Below, one piece after another: positions 62,956 through 64,000 of a DNA stretch of 64,000 nucleotides; the stretch's first letter is position 1; every line of letters starts with the position of its first letter. The notes beneath the pieces were generated by a model. It was not told where the DNA came from. It saw only the letters and a list, made by a program, of their open reading frames with translations, and did not search any database. Source of the DNA: Tubiluchus corallicola (Eukaryota; Animalia; Priapulida); NCBI GenBank assembly GCA_030141605.1, contig JAQGDQ010000057.1, forward strand, positions 682,001 through 746,000. The letters are read 5' to 3'. A program made the translations under genes and the position numbers.

Positions 62956-63058
62956 CTCAATGAGTTCAGCTGAAATCTTCTCAACCTTGTATTCAGTGCC
63001 ATACCACTCTTCCTTTTTATCAGTTTTCCCTTCAAACTTCTTCCCAATTATGCCTATC
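62956..63058 (-). CDS. IDE: IDE exon
   Basis: IGIIGKKFEGKTDKKEEWYGTEYKVEKISAELIE. Confidence 0.96.
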
Positions 63059-63398
63059 CTGAAAGCAGAGACTTCAACTGACCAATTTAATAATGGAAGA
63101 TACGATACAAGGTTTTCAAATTAATTTTATTAGCTAGAATCTAACATTACACACTTATACAAGGATTTTTCTCTCAATGCACACAATATGTACATAAAAT
63201 ACAATTTGATGTACTCTTTCAAAAATCCTATTTGAGTTCTACGTAGATGAGTTACTAATTATACTCAGGTATTCTTAACACCTTTCGGATGTATTTGTAA
63301 GGCTGACTTTATTATACTGACAATATGACTTCACTATAAGAAATTGTGTGTTAAAAGTTTTCTATAACAAACTTTACAGCTCACAATTGCATCCTCAC

Positions 63399-63502
63399 CT
63401 TACATTCTCTGGAATAAGTTTACTCAGCAAGACGTCAATAAGGTCTGGCCGAAACTCTTCCAAAAGATACGGACCACTAAGTGCTTCATGCAGAGGATAT
63501 TT
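63399..63502 (-). CDS. IDE: IDE exon (most 5' in window)
   Basis: [34 protein letters not shown](R). Confidence 0.96.
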
Positions 63503-63786
63503 CTAAAAAAACAGAATAAAAACATTCAGAAAATTAACATATTAGAAAAATACAAAACAGCTGTCACTGTTACTTCAGGGTGGTTAAAATTCTGCATATT
63601 GCAGAAATCTTATAGGAAATCAACCATTTATTTTATATTGATGTTGACAGTGTCATCTAGAAACGTATGTCCTAATTTTATGAATCTGTCAATTGATTAG
63701 TTTCATGGTTAGTCCTACCAGTTTTGCAAAAAATGTGTAAGAATGGCATGTGCCCAACAAATTTCTTTCATAGTTTCATATGAACC

Positions 63787-63851
63787 CATACAGAACAAGC
63801 TCCTCTGTCCACACATGCCATACAGAACAAGCTCCTCTGTCCACACATGCC
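63787..63851. repeat. Short tandem duplication, 2 x about 32 bp
   Basis: CATACAGAACAAGCTCCTCTGTCCACACATGC twice. Confidence 0.85.
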
Positions 63852-64000
63852 TTTCTTCAATGGTTATTCTCATAATCAAGTAAATCCAGATACAGAAATC
63901 CAAAACGATATGTAAAACATTCTTACGAAAAAAATAACAAAGCAAAACAAAATTGTTATAATCTTTAACCTGTCTGGAATGTTATGCAACTACATTTGCA

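Overview
AT-rich, intron-containing invertebrate (probably protostome) genomic DNA; the organism cannot be named from sequence alone. Three host genes were reconstructed by hand, with exon phases that close. (1) First coding exon of a CPEB2/3/4 (Orb2-type) gene, minus strand, 9393-10367; its long intron runs off the left edge. (2) Complete 6-exon MARCH5 E3 ligase, plus strand, 13160-26529. (3) Last 15 exons of insulin-degrading enzyme (IDE), minus strand, 30454-63502, ending in SKL. This order and orientation matches human CPEB3-MARCHF5-IDE. IDE introns carry antisense passengers: a decayed Mag-type Ty3/Gypsy element abutting a splice donor, and a tandem array of intronless, ATD-less, divergent ionotropic-receptor (IR/iGluR-like) genes (two intact, one 3'-frameshifted, one relic). 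A third passenger is a 5-exon gene for a secreted protein joining a Frizzled cysteine-rich domain to two DxDxDG (FG-GAP/VCBS-like) repeats. The rest is decayed LINE, Penelope and DNA-transposon fragments, a 47-bp micro-MITE and mini/microsatellites. Most short ORFs in the supplied track are not genes.
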